Source of the DNA: a bacterium | GTDB lineage: Bacteria > Patescibacteriota > Minisyncoccia > UBA6257 > HR35 | Length of the DNA: 64,000 bases | NCBI GenBank assembly: GCA_041640295.1 | Contig: JBEQAR010000003.1 | Span: forward strand, 6,489-70,488 | Reading direction: 5' to 3' | Shown: positions 50,025-59,544 of the stretch, piece by piece | Position numbering within the stretch: the stretch's first letter is position 1 | How the letters are laid out: every line of letters starts with the position of its first letter | Notes under the pieces: model-generated | What the model saw: the letters and a program-made list of their open reading frames with translations, nothing else | What the model was told of the DNA's origin: nothing | Database searches by the model: none | Made by a program: the position numbers and the translations under genes

Positions 50025-50117
50025 CTATTTAAAAATATCAAGAAATAATTAATTTTTGAGAGTTGATATTAGTTTAATTAACTCAATAAAAAATTTTGAA
50101 ATATAAGCAGTTATTAT

Positions 50118-51470
50118 TTATTGACGACATTGAGGATATGTATTACTAACTTCTTGTCTATTACAGTTACAATTTTCATCAATAGTATTACCACCATACC
50201 TTTGCCAATCACCCCATCTACCATTATCCTGGCATCTTATGCGCCAATCACCAACAGAACCAGCGAACAAACATCTACACATTTCAACATTAACAGCATC
50301 ACACCTAGCCCTAACAGAAGTACCTAAAGCATTAACAGTACCTGTAGCATAGTATGTTCCACTTGCAGTAAAGGTAACTGATGTAGAAAAAATGGCTGTT
50401 GATGAATTATAATATGAAGACCAAGATATAGTTGAGGGTGAACCTCCAGAAGTAGCAATTTCTAAAGTAAAGGTAGCATAACCTATATTTTGATCAGAAG
50501 TAGCAGTTAGGGTGTAGACAGTGCTGCTATTTATTCTTACTGTAGTCGGGTTAACATTACAATTAAGAGATAGGGATGGCGGAGTTATGTTGTTTGTTAC
50601 ATAAATGGTTGCTGTGTTATAAGAAATTTTAATTAATTGATCACCCCCTCCACTTTTTACTAAAAACAAATTATATGTACCACTTGCAGCATTACTATTT
50701 ATACCAAGATTTCTTGTTATAAAAATTCGATTAATATCTCTAGTCTGATCATAAAAATCGGTATTCGAAAAACTAAAATGAACAAAACCGGATGGATTAG
50801 ATGTTATAACGCTATCAGCATTTGAAAGATTGGTTGGACAATACAATTTCTTATAATAAATAGAATAAGTAGTGGTGGCTGATTGATTGTTATTGTCCAA
50901 AATCACCATAGTAGATGTTGGAATAAGATAATATTGATCATCCCTACTTGCTGGATTTAAGGCAGTAGTTGAAGAAACAAGATAAAAATATATAGAACCA
51001 AAATCACTATTGCTTGACGAGGCTGAAATTTGCCACAATTCATAAGTACTTGTTACATTCCTGTTAAACATACCTTCAATAATACAATTATTTCCCTCAA
51101 CTCTTCCATTTAAGCCTTCGCAATTATTACTTAACGAGGTTGATGTTGGGTTTGGTTCTTTTCGCTCAAATCTCAGATTGATCCCCGTAGTCGCGGGAAT
51201 TTCTAATCTATAAAATGATTTATCTAAAACAGTGGTTGTAGGTGGTATAGCATAGAATTTATAAAAATCATCATATAGGTTTGGTTGTCTATTGATTCCC
51301 ACTTGAACTAAACTTCCTAATGAATTAAAACGAGCATTTGGGTAAACAGATAATTTCAACCCTCCTCCTGATTGTGCGCCTAAATAATTGTTTAAATAAA
51401 ATAGAGCAAGAAAAAGAATAACTATATTAAATAAAAATAATAAAGTTTTTCTCCTATTTAAAGCAAACAT
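50118..51470 (-). CDS. Secreted S/T/N-rich protein with a Cys-rich C-terminus. Possible surface adhesin.
   Basis: Signal peptide/TM (LLFLFNIVILFLALFYL). Long low-complexity Ser/Thr region. About 9 Cys in the last 70 aa. Confidence 0.4.
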   Translation of the reverse strand: MFALNRRKTLLFLFNIVILFLALFYLNNYLGAQSGGGLKLSVYPNARFNSLGSLVQVGINRQPNLYDDFYKFYAIPPTTTVLDKSFYRLEIPATTGINLRFERKEPNPTSTSLSNNCEGLNGRVEGNNCIIEGMFNRNVTSTYELWQISASSSNSDFGSIYFYLVSSTTALNPASRDDQYYLIPTSTMVILDNNNQSATTTYSIYYKKLYCPTNLSNADSVITSNPSGFVHFSFSNTDFYDQTRDINRIFITRNLGINSNAASGTYNLFLVKSGGGDQLIKISYNTATIYVTNNITPPSLSLNCNVNPTTVRINSSTVYTLTATSDQNIGYATFTLEIATSGGSPSTISWSSYYNSSTAIFSTSVTFTASGTYYATGTVNALGTSVRARCDAVNVEMCRCLFAGSVGDWRIRCQDNGRWGDWQRYGGNTIDENCNCNRQEVSNTYPQCRQ

Positions 51471-51552
51471 ATTAAAAATTAAATTTTTATTTAATTAAAT
51501 TTTAAACTATTTAAAGTTTATTTTCAAGATATGTCAAGGTTTTGTGTTAAAT

Positions 51553-52722
51553 TTAACCCAAAAATAACTTTAATTTTTGAATCAAAAAATCAATATCGGT
51601 TTTATTAGTTTCGCGACCAAAAGAAAATCTTAGACTACAATTAGCTCTTTCAGGATATATTTTAGCCACTACTTGACTAGGGATAATTGCTCTTGATTGG
51701 CAAGCTGTTCCTGCTGAAACATAGATATCATTCTGATCCAAATACAAAAGTATTTCCATTGAAGTTTTATTAGGAAAATAAATATTAATAATTTTTGGAG
51801 TAGTTATTTCTAAATTACCGTTAATTTTGAAATCAATACCGTTTTTCTTTAATTGATTTAAAAAATAATCCCTGATTTCTGTCAAATGCTTTTTTAATTT
51901 TTCTCTTTCTTCAACAGCAAATTTTAATGCTTGAGCAAAACCAACAATTAAGGGTACATTTTCTGTACCTGGCCTTAAATTAAATTCTTGCTCTGAACCA
52001 GAAATTAGTTTTTCTAAAATAATATTAGATTTTTTGTACAAACAAGCAATACCCTTTGGACCATAAATTTTATGTCCAGACAATGTCATTAAATCAACGC
52101 CTAACTTTTTTACAGAAATTTCTTCAGTTAAGGGTGCTTGACTAGCATCAGTATGAAAATAAATTTTAATTTCTCTTTTTTGATTAATCCCAGTTAAGAT
52201 TTCTGAAATTTTTTGAATTGGTTGAATAATACCAATTTCGCTATTAACATAATGAACAGAAATTAAACAGGTGTTTTCTTTAATTAATTGAACGATTGAA
52301 CTATATTTTACAAGGCCATTATTATCTAATGGTAAAAAGTCAATTTCAATTAAATTATTTTTTTTTAAATCTAATAAAACTTCACTTACTGAAGGATGCT
52401 CAATTTCGGTGCTTATAATATGAGGTTTAATTTTCAGTCGATAAAATAAACAATAAACTAAACCCTTGATAGCTAAATTATTGCTTTCAGTTGCTGATGA
52501 AGTAAAAATAATTTCATTTAAATAATCTGCTTCTAATAAATTTCTAATTAAATTTCGCGATTGATCAACAGCCTTAAGAGCTAATTGACCAAAACGATGA
52601 ATACTAGAAGGATTAGCAAATAGTTTTATGAAATAAGGCTTCATTACTTCAAAAACTCTTTTATCAACAGGTGTTGTTGAGGCATAATCTAAATAAATCA
52701 TTTTAACGAGTGGTAGTAGCAA
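51553..52722 (-). CDS. Cysteine desulfurase (class V aminotransferase, NifS/IscS-like)
   Basis: LDYASTTPVD, SGHKIYGPKG (PLP-lysine) and SAGTACQS (active-site Cys). Confidence 0.8.
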   Translation of the reverse strand: MLLPLVKMIYLDYASTTPVDKRVFEVMKPYFIKLFANPSSIHRFGQLALKAVDQSRNLIRNLLEADYLNEIIFTSSATESNNLAIKGLVYCLFYRLKIKPHIISTEIEHPSVSEVLLDLKKNNLIEIDFLPLDNNGLVKYSSIVQLIKENTCLISVHYVNSEIGIIQPIQKISEILTGINQKREIKIYFHTDASQAPLTEEISVKKLGVDLMTLSGHKIYGPKGIACLYKKSNIILEKLISGSEQEFNLRPGTENVPLIVGFAQALKFAVEEREKLKKHLTEIRDYFLNQLKKNGIDFKINGNLEITTPKIINIYFPNKTSMEILLYLDQNDIYVSAGTACQSRAIIPSQVVAKIYPERANCSLRFSFGRETNKTDIDFLIQKLKLFLG

Positions 52723-53542
52723 TTACTCCAAAAATGTCATAAACCGGTCTTGCCCATATAGTATTTCCTGACACAGTAACGGTAGTCGAGGCTCCTAAGG
52801 AACAATAATCTCTGTGTGGATCAACGGCAAAAAGAACAAAAAGATATCTTTTATCCGAAACAGGCAGGCTTATAGTATAATTAATTGTTTCTAAAGACGT
52901 ACAATAAATAGTATTTCTATCTGGGGGAAATCGAGATAATCTTTGAGTTGGTTGATTAAGAGGCACTGAATCTAATCCAGAAAAATCTATTCTATCTCCT
53001 GAAATAGAATTGTCTCGAGTATTATATCTACTACCATAAATTCCCCAACAGTCAATTCTATTTTGTCTATTTTGATTATCATTTCCATATTGACACAAAA
53101 CATAAGCTCTCTCGCGTGTAGTCTGAAAGGTAAGAGATAAATCACAATTATTATTATGAGCCACGATGGACAGGTTTGTTAAAATCTGAAAAGAACCTGA
53201 TAATGTAATAATTTGACAATTAATTTCACCCCCTCCACTCGTTCCTGAGCCTGTACCACTTCTAGTTCCATTTGTCCCTGACCCAGTTGTTAAACTATTG
53301 TTAGGTAATGAACTTATTGAAGCACCTTTCTCCAAAAATGATAAAATTATCACTGGAATAGAATAAACTGAAATCAAAAGAGCTAAGCCTAAAACTACAT
53401 AAGGAAGATTTTTCTTAACTTCGTCGTATTTTTTGAAATAAAATAAGATTCCTAAATAAATAAAAACTCCGGCTGAGCCTAAAACTATTATGGTTTGTAA
53501 AATTCTTAATAAAGTATTAAGGATTCTTATGATTTCTTCCAT
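52703..53542 (-). CDS. VirB2/TrbC-like two-helix pilin paralog with an approximately 180-aa C-terminal extracellular extension
   Basis: TM1 ILQTIIVLGSAGVFIYLGILFY, loop KKYDEVKKNLP, TM2 YVVLGLALLISVYSIPVIIL, then a Gly/Ser/Thr-rich linker and a Cys-containing domain. Confidence 0.5.
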   Translation of the reverse strand: MEEIIRILNTLLRILQTIIVLGSAGVFIYLGILFYFKKYDEVKKNLPYVVLGLALLISVYSIPVIILSFLEKGASISSLPNNSLTTGSGTNGTRSGTGSGTSGGGEINCQIITLSGSFQILTNLSIVAHNNNCDLSLTFQTTRERAYVLCQYGNDNQNRQNRIDCWGIYGSRYNTRDNSISGDRIDFSGLDSVPLNQPTQRLSRFPPDRNTIYCTSLETINYTISLPVSDKRYLFVLFAVDPHRDYCSLGASTTVTVSGNTIWARPVYDIFGVIATTTR

Positions 53543-53544
53543 TT

Positions 53545-53802
53545 TTAAAATTTAGGTACTAATACTCGAATTAAATCAAAAATTATATTTCGGTTAATAA
53601 ATATTATACCCAATAAAATTATTCCTAGAATAATAAACAATAAAGAGGTTTTAAATTCTCCATAATCTTTTTTTTGCCAATAATTTTTAACCCCTAAATA
53701 AATAAAGCCGAAAATGGCTAAAAAAATAGCAAAAAGAAGTAAATATTGGGCTAAGTTAGAGAAAAAATTAAGAATTGGTTGAGTAATATGAGAAAGCATC
53801 AA
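53545..53802 (-). CDS. VirB2/TrbC-like two-helix pilin paralog
   Basis: 85 aa. TM1, a short charged loop (KNYWQKKDYGEFKTS), then TM2. Confidence 0.5.
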   Translation of the reverse strand: MMLSHITQPILNFFSNLAQYLLLFAIFLAIFGFIYLGVKNYWQKKDYGEFKTSLLFIILGIILLGIIFINRNIIFDLIRVLVPKF

Positions 53803-54078
53803 CTATCTTAAGAATGAAAAAATTATTAATGGAATAGAAAAGGAGGCAATAATAAAAACAATTCCTAAAATAATGAAAATTAATTCAGAATGCCAATCTT
53901 TTCCTTGACTAGTTGTATATTTAATTCCAGCAATAATTAACAAAGCAATTCCTAAAATTAAACCTAAATTAAAAAATATCCACAACAAACCTTCAAATTT
54001 ACATAAAAAATAGTCTAAACCAGAAAGATTAGCGCATCCAACTTCTTTACCAATTTGAGCAAGAACTTCATTCAACAT
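53803..54078 (-). CDS. VirB2/TrbC-like two-helix pilin paralog
   Basis: 91 aa. TM1 LLWIFFNLGLILGIALLIIAGIKY, loop TTSQGKDWHSE, TM2. Confidence 0.5.
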   Translation of the reverse strand: MLNEVLAQIGKEVGCANLSGLDYFLCKFEGLLWIFFNLGLILGIALLIIAGIKYTTSQGKDWHSELIFIILGIVFIIASFSIPLIIFSFLR

Positions 54079-54090
54079 TAAAATATTTTA

Positions 54091-55671
54091 TTAAAAATTA
54101 ATTCTAATAATTTCTGGCTCAGCTAATCTTAATGTTGTACTACAATTACTAATATTCAATATTGAATACTCAATTTGTATGAAAGTGTTTTGAGGTAAAT
54201 TAATAGGTAATTGTACAATATTTTGCGATTCATTAGCTTCATAGGGTAAATTAAAAGAAAATGTTTTAGTAAACCTTCGCCAATCTAAACCTATAACTTC
54301 ACCATTTTGGTCTAAATTAATATTAGTAGCATTAGCTGCTTTTATTGATAAAGTTAATCGGCAAGTTCCGTTATTTGTTGGTGGATTTTGAAGGTCGTAA
54401 GAAAATCTTATATAAAACGGTGGATCAAATAAAAAATAATCAGCGATATTTGTTAACCAATTTGAGCTTGAAAAGAAGTTTTGTAGTGCTCTAAAAAAAT
54501 TAGTAGTAATAATATTTCTGTTAATTCTGAATGTTTGTACTCCATAAATTTCTACATCAATACTTTGCAAAACAACTTCAACTCTTGTAGATGGTGTTCT
54601 TAAATCGTATTGTGATAAATTAACATTACAATTATCTGAAGAAAAATAAAGGCGAAGTGTATCACCAGGTCGAACATTTAAAACGTTAATCTGAATCATA
54701 TTGGGTGTAGTGTTAACTTGAATATTATTTCTTGAGGGTAATGTTTGACCGCTTCTAAGATTAAAAACTAAAACATTTAAACTACAATTATTATTACTGC
54801 TAGCAATAAAATTAATATTATTATCAGCGTAGGTTATTGATGAGGGATCAATATTTATTCTACCACCTCTTTGTTGCTGTTGTTGATTTTGTTGACCTTG
54901 ATTTTGCTGTCCTTGATTTTGTTGATTAACAGCAACGAAAGTACCTCCTGATAATCCCCTTTCTAAAGCAACAACAAAACTCATGGCTAATACTCCAACC
55001 ACCACCCCTAAAAGTCCATAATAAAAACGACTGTGTATCTGGCTAGCATTTGTAGGATTAGTAATATACAGTATTCCTGCCCAAATTAAGAAAATTACAC
55101 CCAAAAATAAAGTTAAAGTATAGAAAAACCTAAGAATATAAGTTAATAACCATAAAGCACATTGTCCTATGCCTTGCTCACAATAATTTACTCGGGGTAT
55201 ACCTCCTTGTTGGCTACTTGGTCCTACATAAATGGATACTAACCTATTATTTTCAATTTTTACATTTAAAACAGCTAAATCTAAAACAGCATCTGGTGAT
55301 ATTTGTAAATGCTGAGCTAATCGATTCCTTTCAGCTTGATCAGTTTTAATTACTTCATCAGCTGCTTGAGTTAAAAGAATATTCCAATTACCATAATTTT
55401 CTCTAACGGCTTGATTCACGGAAATTTGAGGATCATTACTAACTATAGTACCACCACTAACCGCAAAAAGTGTGCTGGTATTATAAATTCTATTTAATAA
55501 TTCAGCTGCTTTCGCTCTAACTTTATCTATAAAGGTAGAATCAGTAATTTCTCTAATTTCTCGTGAGGTTTTTATTCCGAATTGAAAAGGATTAAAAAAA
55601 TAATCTTGAGCAAAAACTAATAAGGGTATAAAAATTAGTAATATTAAAATTTTGATAATATTTTTGTTCAT
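54091..55671 (-). CDS. Large secreted protein with an embedded VirB2/TrbC-like two-helix module, a Q/N-rich linker and a C-terminal domain
   Basis: Signal peptide. About 170-aa N-terminal domain. TM1 ALWLLTYILRFFYTLTLFLGVIFLIWAGILYI, loop, TM2. Then a (QQNQG)n tract and a roughly 270-aa domain. Confidence 0.45.
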   Translation of the reverse strand: MNKNIIKILILLIFIPLLVFAQDYFFNPFQFGIKTSREIREITDSTFIDKVRAKAAELLNRIYNTSTLFAVSGGTIVSNDPQISVNQAVRENYGNWNILLTQAADEVIKTDQAERNRLAQHLQISPDAVLDLAVLNVKIENNRLVSIYVGPSSQQGGIPRVNYCEQGIGQCALWLLTYILRFFYTLTLFLGVIFLIWAGILYITNPTNASQIHSRFYYGLLGVVVGVLAMSFVVALERGLSGGTFVAVNQQNQGQQNQGQQNQQQQQRGGRINIDPSSITYADNNINFIASSNNNCSLNVLVFNLRSGQTLPSRNNIQVNTTPNMIQINVLNVRPGDTLRLYFSSDNCNVNLSQYDLRTPSTRVEVVLQSIDVEIYGVQTFRINRNIITTNFFRALQNFFSSSNWLTNIADYFLFDPPFYIRFSYDLQNPPTNNGTCRLTLSIKAANATNINLDQNGEVIGLDWRRFTKTFSFNLPYEANESQNIVQLPINLPQNTFIQIEYSILNISNCSTTLRLAEPEIIRINF

Positions 55672-56067
55672 TTAACCGCGGGTTAGGCTAAATTCAATAG
55701 CTTTAACTAAACTAAAGGCTAAAATAGTAATTATAGCTCCAATAACTGCCCATAAAAGATATTTTTTAGCATTTTCATCATTTGGTTTTGTAGCAAATAA
55801 TAAACCACTATATATTATAAACCCAACTGATAATAAAAGTGAAAGAGTATAAAGTAAAGTAAGAATTTTTTGAGCTAACCATAACATACACCTACTTAAT
55901 AATCCTGGTGGTATTGGTTGACCTCTTAAAACATCGAAAATTGTTATTGGAGTACAAACTCTTTGAGGGATAAATTGAAGTTGCTGAGCATAAATATTAG
56001 GAATATAAAATATATTAAGGAAAATTATATTAAGAATAAACAAAGTTAAAATAATTTCTCTTTTCAT
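55672..56067 (-). CDS. VirB2/TrbC-like pilin
   Basis: Signal peptide, two Cys before TM1, TM1 ILTLLYTLSLLLSVGFIIYSGLLFA, loop TKPNDENAKKY, TM2 LLWAVIGAIITILAFSLV. Confidence 0.55.
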   Translation of the reverse strand: MKREIILTLFILNIIFLNIFYIPNIYAQQLQFIPQRVCTPITIFDVLRGQPIPPGLLSRCMLWLAQKILTLLYTLSLLLSVGFIIYSGLLFATKPNDENAKKYLLWAVIGAIITILAFSLVKAIEFSLTRG

Positions 56068-56083
56068 TTTCTAACCAAATTTT

Positions 56084-56425
56084 TTAACCAACACTACCCG
56101 TTCTTACAACATTTTCAATTAATAAAACTAAACTATAAGAAATTAAAGCAACAACTAAACCAATAATTATCCAAACTAAATTTTTGCCTAAATTTTTAAA
56201 CTCACCTGGTTGAAGAATTATTCTTAATCCTGTTAAGGCAATTAAAATTATTGAAAAAGCTAAAGAAAGCCAAATTAAAATTCTAAATAACCACCAAAAT
56301 AATAACAGCAGACAGGGTAAGATATTATCACAAACTAATGGAGCTGGGATTGGCTCTGAGGAAGGTAATCCAAATTGTGGATTAAAAGGATAATTAAGTG
56401 TTTGGAGAATAATAAAAAGATTCAT
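56084..56425 (-). CDS. VirB2/TrbC-like two-helix pilin paralog
   Basis: TM1 ILIWLSLAFSIILIALTGLRIIL, loop QPGEFKNLGKN, TM2 LVWIIIGLVVALISYSLVLLI. Confidence 0.5.
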   Translation of the reverse strand: MNLFIILQTLNYPFNPQFGLPSSEPIPAPLVCDNILPCLLLLFWWLFRILIWLSLAFSIILIALTGLRIILQPGEFKNLGKNLVWIIIGLVVALISYSLVLLIENVVRTGSVG

Positions 56426-56440
56426 AATCTATTTCATCTT

Positions 56441-56812
56441 TTATCCTCCCAATTGACCACTTTGAATAAATTGAGCTAAAAGATTAACCACTGCCCAAGA
56501 TATCAAAGCAATAATTAATCCTACTATTCCATAAACAATTTTTCCCTTACCTTCATCAAATTTTCCTTGAACAATTATTAATATACCTGCCCAAGCAAAG
56601 AAAATAACAGCAAAGGCTAAAGCTAACCAGATCAATACTCTAAAAACTATTTGAAATATAGTTAAAATGGTTTCTCTTGGATTATCAGATATAACACCTG
56701 CTTGAGGATTATCTACTGGAAATTCTGGTAAGTCTTGACCATTAATATAAAAGGGTACAAAAAGCGAGAGAAAAAGATAAACTAAAAAACTATAAATAAA
56801 TACTTTTTTCAT
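56441..56812 (-). CDS. VirB2/TrbC-like pilin
   Basis: Signal peptide, TM1 VLIWLALAFAVIFFAWAGILII, loop VQGKFDEGKGK, TM2 IVYGIVGLIIALISWAVVNLL. Confidence 0.55.
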   Translation of the reverse strand: MKKVFIYSFLVYLFLSLFVPFYINGQDLPEFPVDNPQAGVISDNPRETILTIFQIVFRVLIWLALAFAVIFFAWAGILIIVQGKFDEGKGKIVYGIVGLIIALISWAVVNLLAQFIQSGQLGG

Positions 56813-56902
56813 TTTTTAAAAATTTTAATTTTAATACGACCTAATGTTAATTTATAATTACTAATAATTATAAAATAAAATTAATTTAAATTTAACTTAA
56901 AT

Positions 56903-58411
56903 TTGTGGATAATGTTAGCTAAAATTCATTCAGCGATTTTAGATGGTTTAGAGGGAAAAATTATTGAGGTTGAAGCTGGTTTAATGAACGGATTAAATAG
57001 TTTTTCTATTATTGGTTTAACAGATAAGGCAATTCAAGAAGCTAAAGAAAGGGTAAATTTAGCTCTTAAATCAATCAATGCTAAACCGCCCGTCAAATTC
57101 AACAAAAGAATAGTTATCAACTTAGCTCCAGCGAATATTAAAAAAGAAGGTTCTTATTTAGATTTAGCAATCACAATTAGCTTCTTAATAGCTTCAAAAC
57201 AAATAAAAAAACCAACAAAAAAAATTTTATTCTTAGGTGAACTTTCTCTTGATGGAAAATTGAGAAGAATAAAGGGAGTTTTGCCTATTATTTTAACTTT
57301 ACAAAATGATTTTGATGAAATTTATTTACCTGAAGAAAACTTAAATGAAGTAAAATATTTAAAAATTAACAAAATTTATCTATTTAAAAATCTAAAAGAA
57401 GTTATCGATCATTTGGAAAAATTAAAATTAAAAGAAAGACTAAAACCAGAAGAAATTATTCCAACTGATGATAGTGACCAGGATTTAAGTTTTATAAAAA
57501 TATCTGATTTTATTTTTAGAGCATTGTTAGTGTCAGCCAGTGGTAGGCATAATTTACTTCTCTTTGGTCCACCAGGAACGGGTAAAACTTTAATCGCTAA
57601 AAATTTAATAAACTTATTACCAAAATTAACTTATCAAGAAGCAATTGAGGTGAGTAGTATTTATAGTGCTTGCGGTTATGAATTAGATAAATTGATTTTT
57701 TTACCACCATTTAGAAATCCTCATCATTCTTCATCAGCTACCTCAATTATAGGTGGTGGACAAAATCCAAAACCTGGGGAAATTACTTTAGCTCATAGAG
57801 GTATTTTGTTTTTTGATGAATTGCCTGAATTTAAAAGAGATATTTTAGAAGCCTTAAGAGAACCATTAGAAAATGGTGAAATTACTATTGGTCGGGCTAA
57901 AACTACTGTCAAATTTCCGGCAAAATTTTTATTTATCGGTGCCTACAATCCTTGTCCATGCGGTTTTTATAATGACCCTCAAAAAGAATGCCGTTGTACT
58001 TTAGCTGAAATAAATAAATATCATAAAAAATTATCAGGGCCAATTTTGGACAGAATTGATATTCAAATTAATGTACCTAGATTAAAATCGAAAGAAATGT
58101 TAGCTGAATCTAATTTGGATTTTAAAACTATTAGAGAAAAGATAAAAGAATTAAAAGAAAAACAATTTAAAAGGCAAAATAAATACAATAGCGAACTTTC
58201 ACCAAAAGAAATTAAAATTTATTGTCGAATAGATAATTCGGCTGAAAAATTATTATATCAAGCTGCTGAAAGGCTTTGTTTATCTCCCAGGGGTATTCAT
58301 AAAATTATAAAAATTAGTAAAACAATTGCTGATTTGGAAAATAAAGAGATAATTAATCAAGATCATATTGCCGAAGCTTTACAATATCGATTAACTAATT
58401 CAGATTTCTAA
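56903..58411 (+). CDS. comM: YifB/ComM family Mg-chelatase-like AAA+ ATPase (competence protein ComM homolog)
   Basis: N-terminal Lon-protease-like domain. Walker A LLLFGPPGTGKTLIAKNL. 502 aa. Confidence 0.85.
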   Translation: MWIMLAKIHSAILDGLEGKIIEVEAGLMNGLNSFSIIGLTDKAIQEAKERVNLALKSINAKPPVKFNKRIVINLAPANIKKEGSYLDLAITISFLIASKQIKKPTKKILFLGELSLDGKLRRIKGVLPIILTLQNDFDEIYLPEENLNEVKYLKINKIYLFKNLKEVIDHLEKLKLKERLKPEEIIPTDDSDQDLSFIKISDFIFRALLVSASGRHNLLLFGPPGTGKTLIAKNLINLLPKLTYQEAIEVSSIYSACGYELDKLIFLPPFRNPHHSSSATSIIGGGQNPKPGEITLAHRGILFFDELPEFKRDILEALREPLENGEITIGRAKTTVKFPAKFLFIGAYNPCPCGFYNDPQKECRCTLAEINKYHKKLSGPILDRIDIQINVPRLKSKEMLAESNLDFKTIREKIKELKEKQFKRQNKYNSELSPKEIKIYCRIDNSAEKLLYQAAERLCLSPRGIHKIIKISKTIADLENKEIINQDHIAEALQYRLTNSDF

Positions 58412-59544
58412 TGATTAATTTAAAGAAATTACAATTATTACGATTAAATAAAAATAAAATAAAAAATAAACGAATTATTGTTAGGGTAGATTACAATATT
58501 GAACTTAAAAATAAGAAATTTGAAGATCGGTATAGAATTGAAAAAAGTTTACCTACAATTAAATTTCTTTTAACTCATCAAGCAAAACAAATAATTTTAA
58601 TCACCCATTTAGGTAGACCAAAAAATAATAAAGATAAAAATCTATCAACTAAAAAGATATTACCTTTATTAAAAAAATATTTTAAAGAAGTTAATTATTA
58701 TTATTGGCAACCGGGAAAACCAATACCGAACCATCAATTAATTATTTTAGAAAATATTAGATTTTTTAAAGAAGAAGAAAATAATGATGAGAAATTTGCT
58801 TATCAATTAAGTAAGATTGGGGATGTTTTTGTTAATGAAGCTTTTTCTGTCTCCCATCGTCGACATTCCTCAGTTTATCAATTGCAGAAATTTTTGCCCA
58901 CTTTATATGGCCTTAATTTTGAAAATGAAATAAAAAATTTAAACAAAGCTTTTAAAATAAAAAGGGGGGTAGGAGTAATTATTGGGGGTATTAAAATAGA
59001 AACTAAATTAGATTTAATAAAAAACTTTTCAAAAAAAGCTGAATTAATTATTTTAGTTGGAGCAATCGCTAATACATTTTTAAAAGCAAAAAATTTCGAA
59101 GTGGGAAAATCTATAATTGATCAAGAAAAAATTAATGATGTTCGGCAATTATCAAGTAATAAAATAATCATTCCTTTTGATTTTCAAACTAATAAAGGTT
59201 ATCGTCATTTAGGAGAAATTAAAAAAGACGAAATTATTTATGACATCGGACAAGAAAGTATTCACTCTTTTATTGATTCGCTTAAGAATTGCCAACTAAT
59301 AATTTGGAATGGACCATTAGGATGGATAGAAAATAAAAAATATTCTCTTGGTTCTAAATCTTTTGCTCGGGCATTAGCAAAATTAAAAGCTTATAAAATT
59401 ATTGGAGGGGGAGAAACATTGTCGGTTGTTCATTCTTTAAATTTAGAAAATAAATTTAATTTTATTTCCACTGGAGGAGGAGCGATGCTTTATTACTTAG
59501 CTTTTGAAAATTTACCTATCTTTGAAAATAATATTAAAAAATGA
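58411..59544 (+). CDS. pgk: Phosphoglycerate kinase
   Basis: RVDYNIEL ... RIEKSLPTIKFLL ... ITHLGRPK N-terminal signature. GGGAM motif near the C-terminus. Confidence 0.85.
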   Translation: MINLKKLQLLRLNKNKIKNKRIIVRVDYNIELKNKKFEDRYRIEKSLPTIKFLLTHQAKQIILITHLGRPKNNKDKNLSTKKILPLLKKYFKEVNYYYWQPGKPIPNHQLIILENIRFFKEEENNDEKFAYQLSKIGDVFVNEAFSVSHRRHSSVYQLQKFLPTLYGLNFENEIKNLNKAFKIKRGVGVIIGGIKIETKLDLIKNFSKKAELIILVGAIANTFLKAKNFEVGKSIIDQEKINDVRQLSSNKIIIPFDFQTNKGYRHLGEIKKDEIIYDIGQESIHSFIDSLKNCQLIIWNGPLGWIENKKYSLGSKSFARALAKLKAYKIIGGGETLSVVHSLNLENKFNFISTGGGAMLYYLAFENLPIFENNIKK

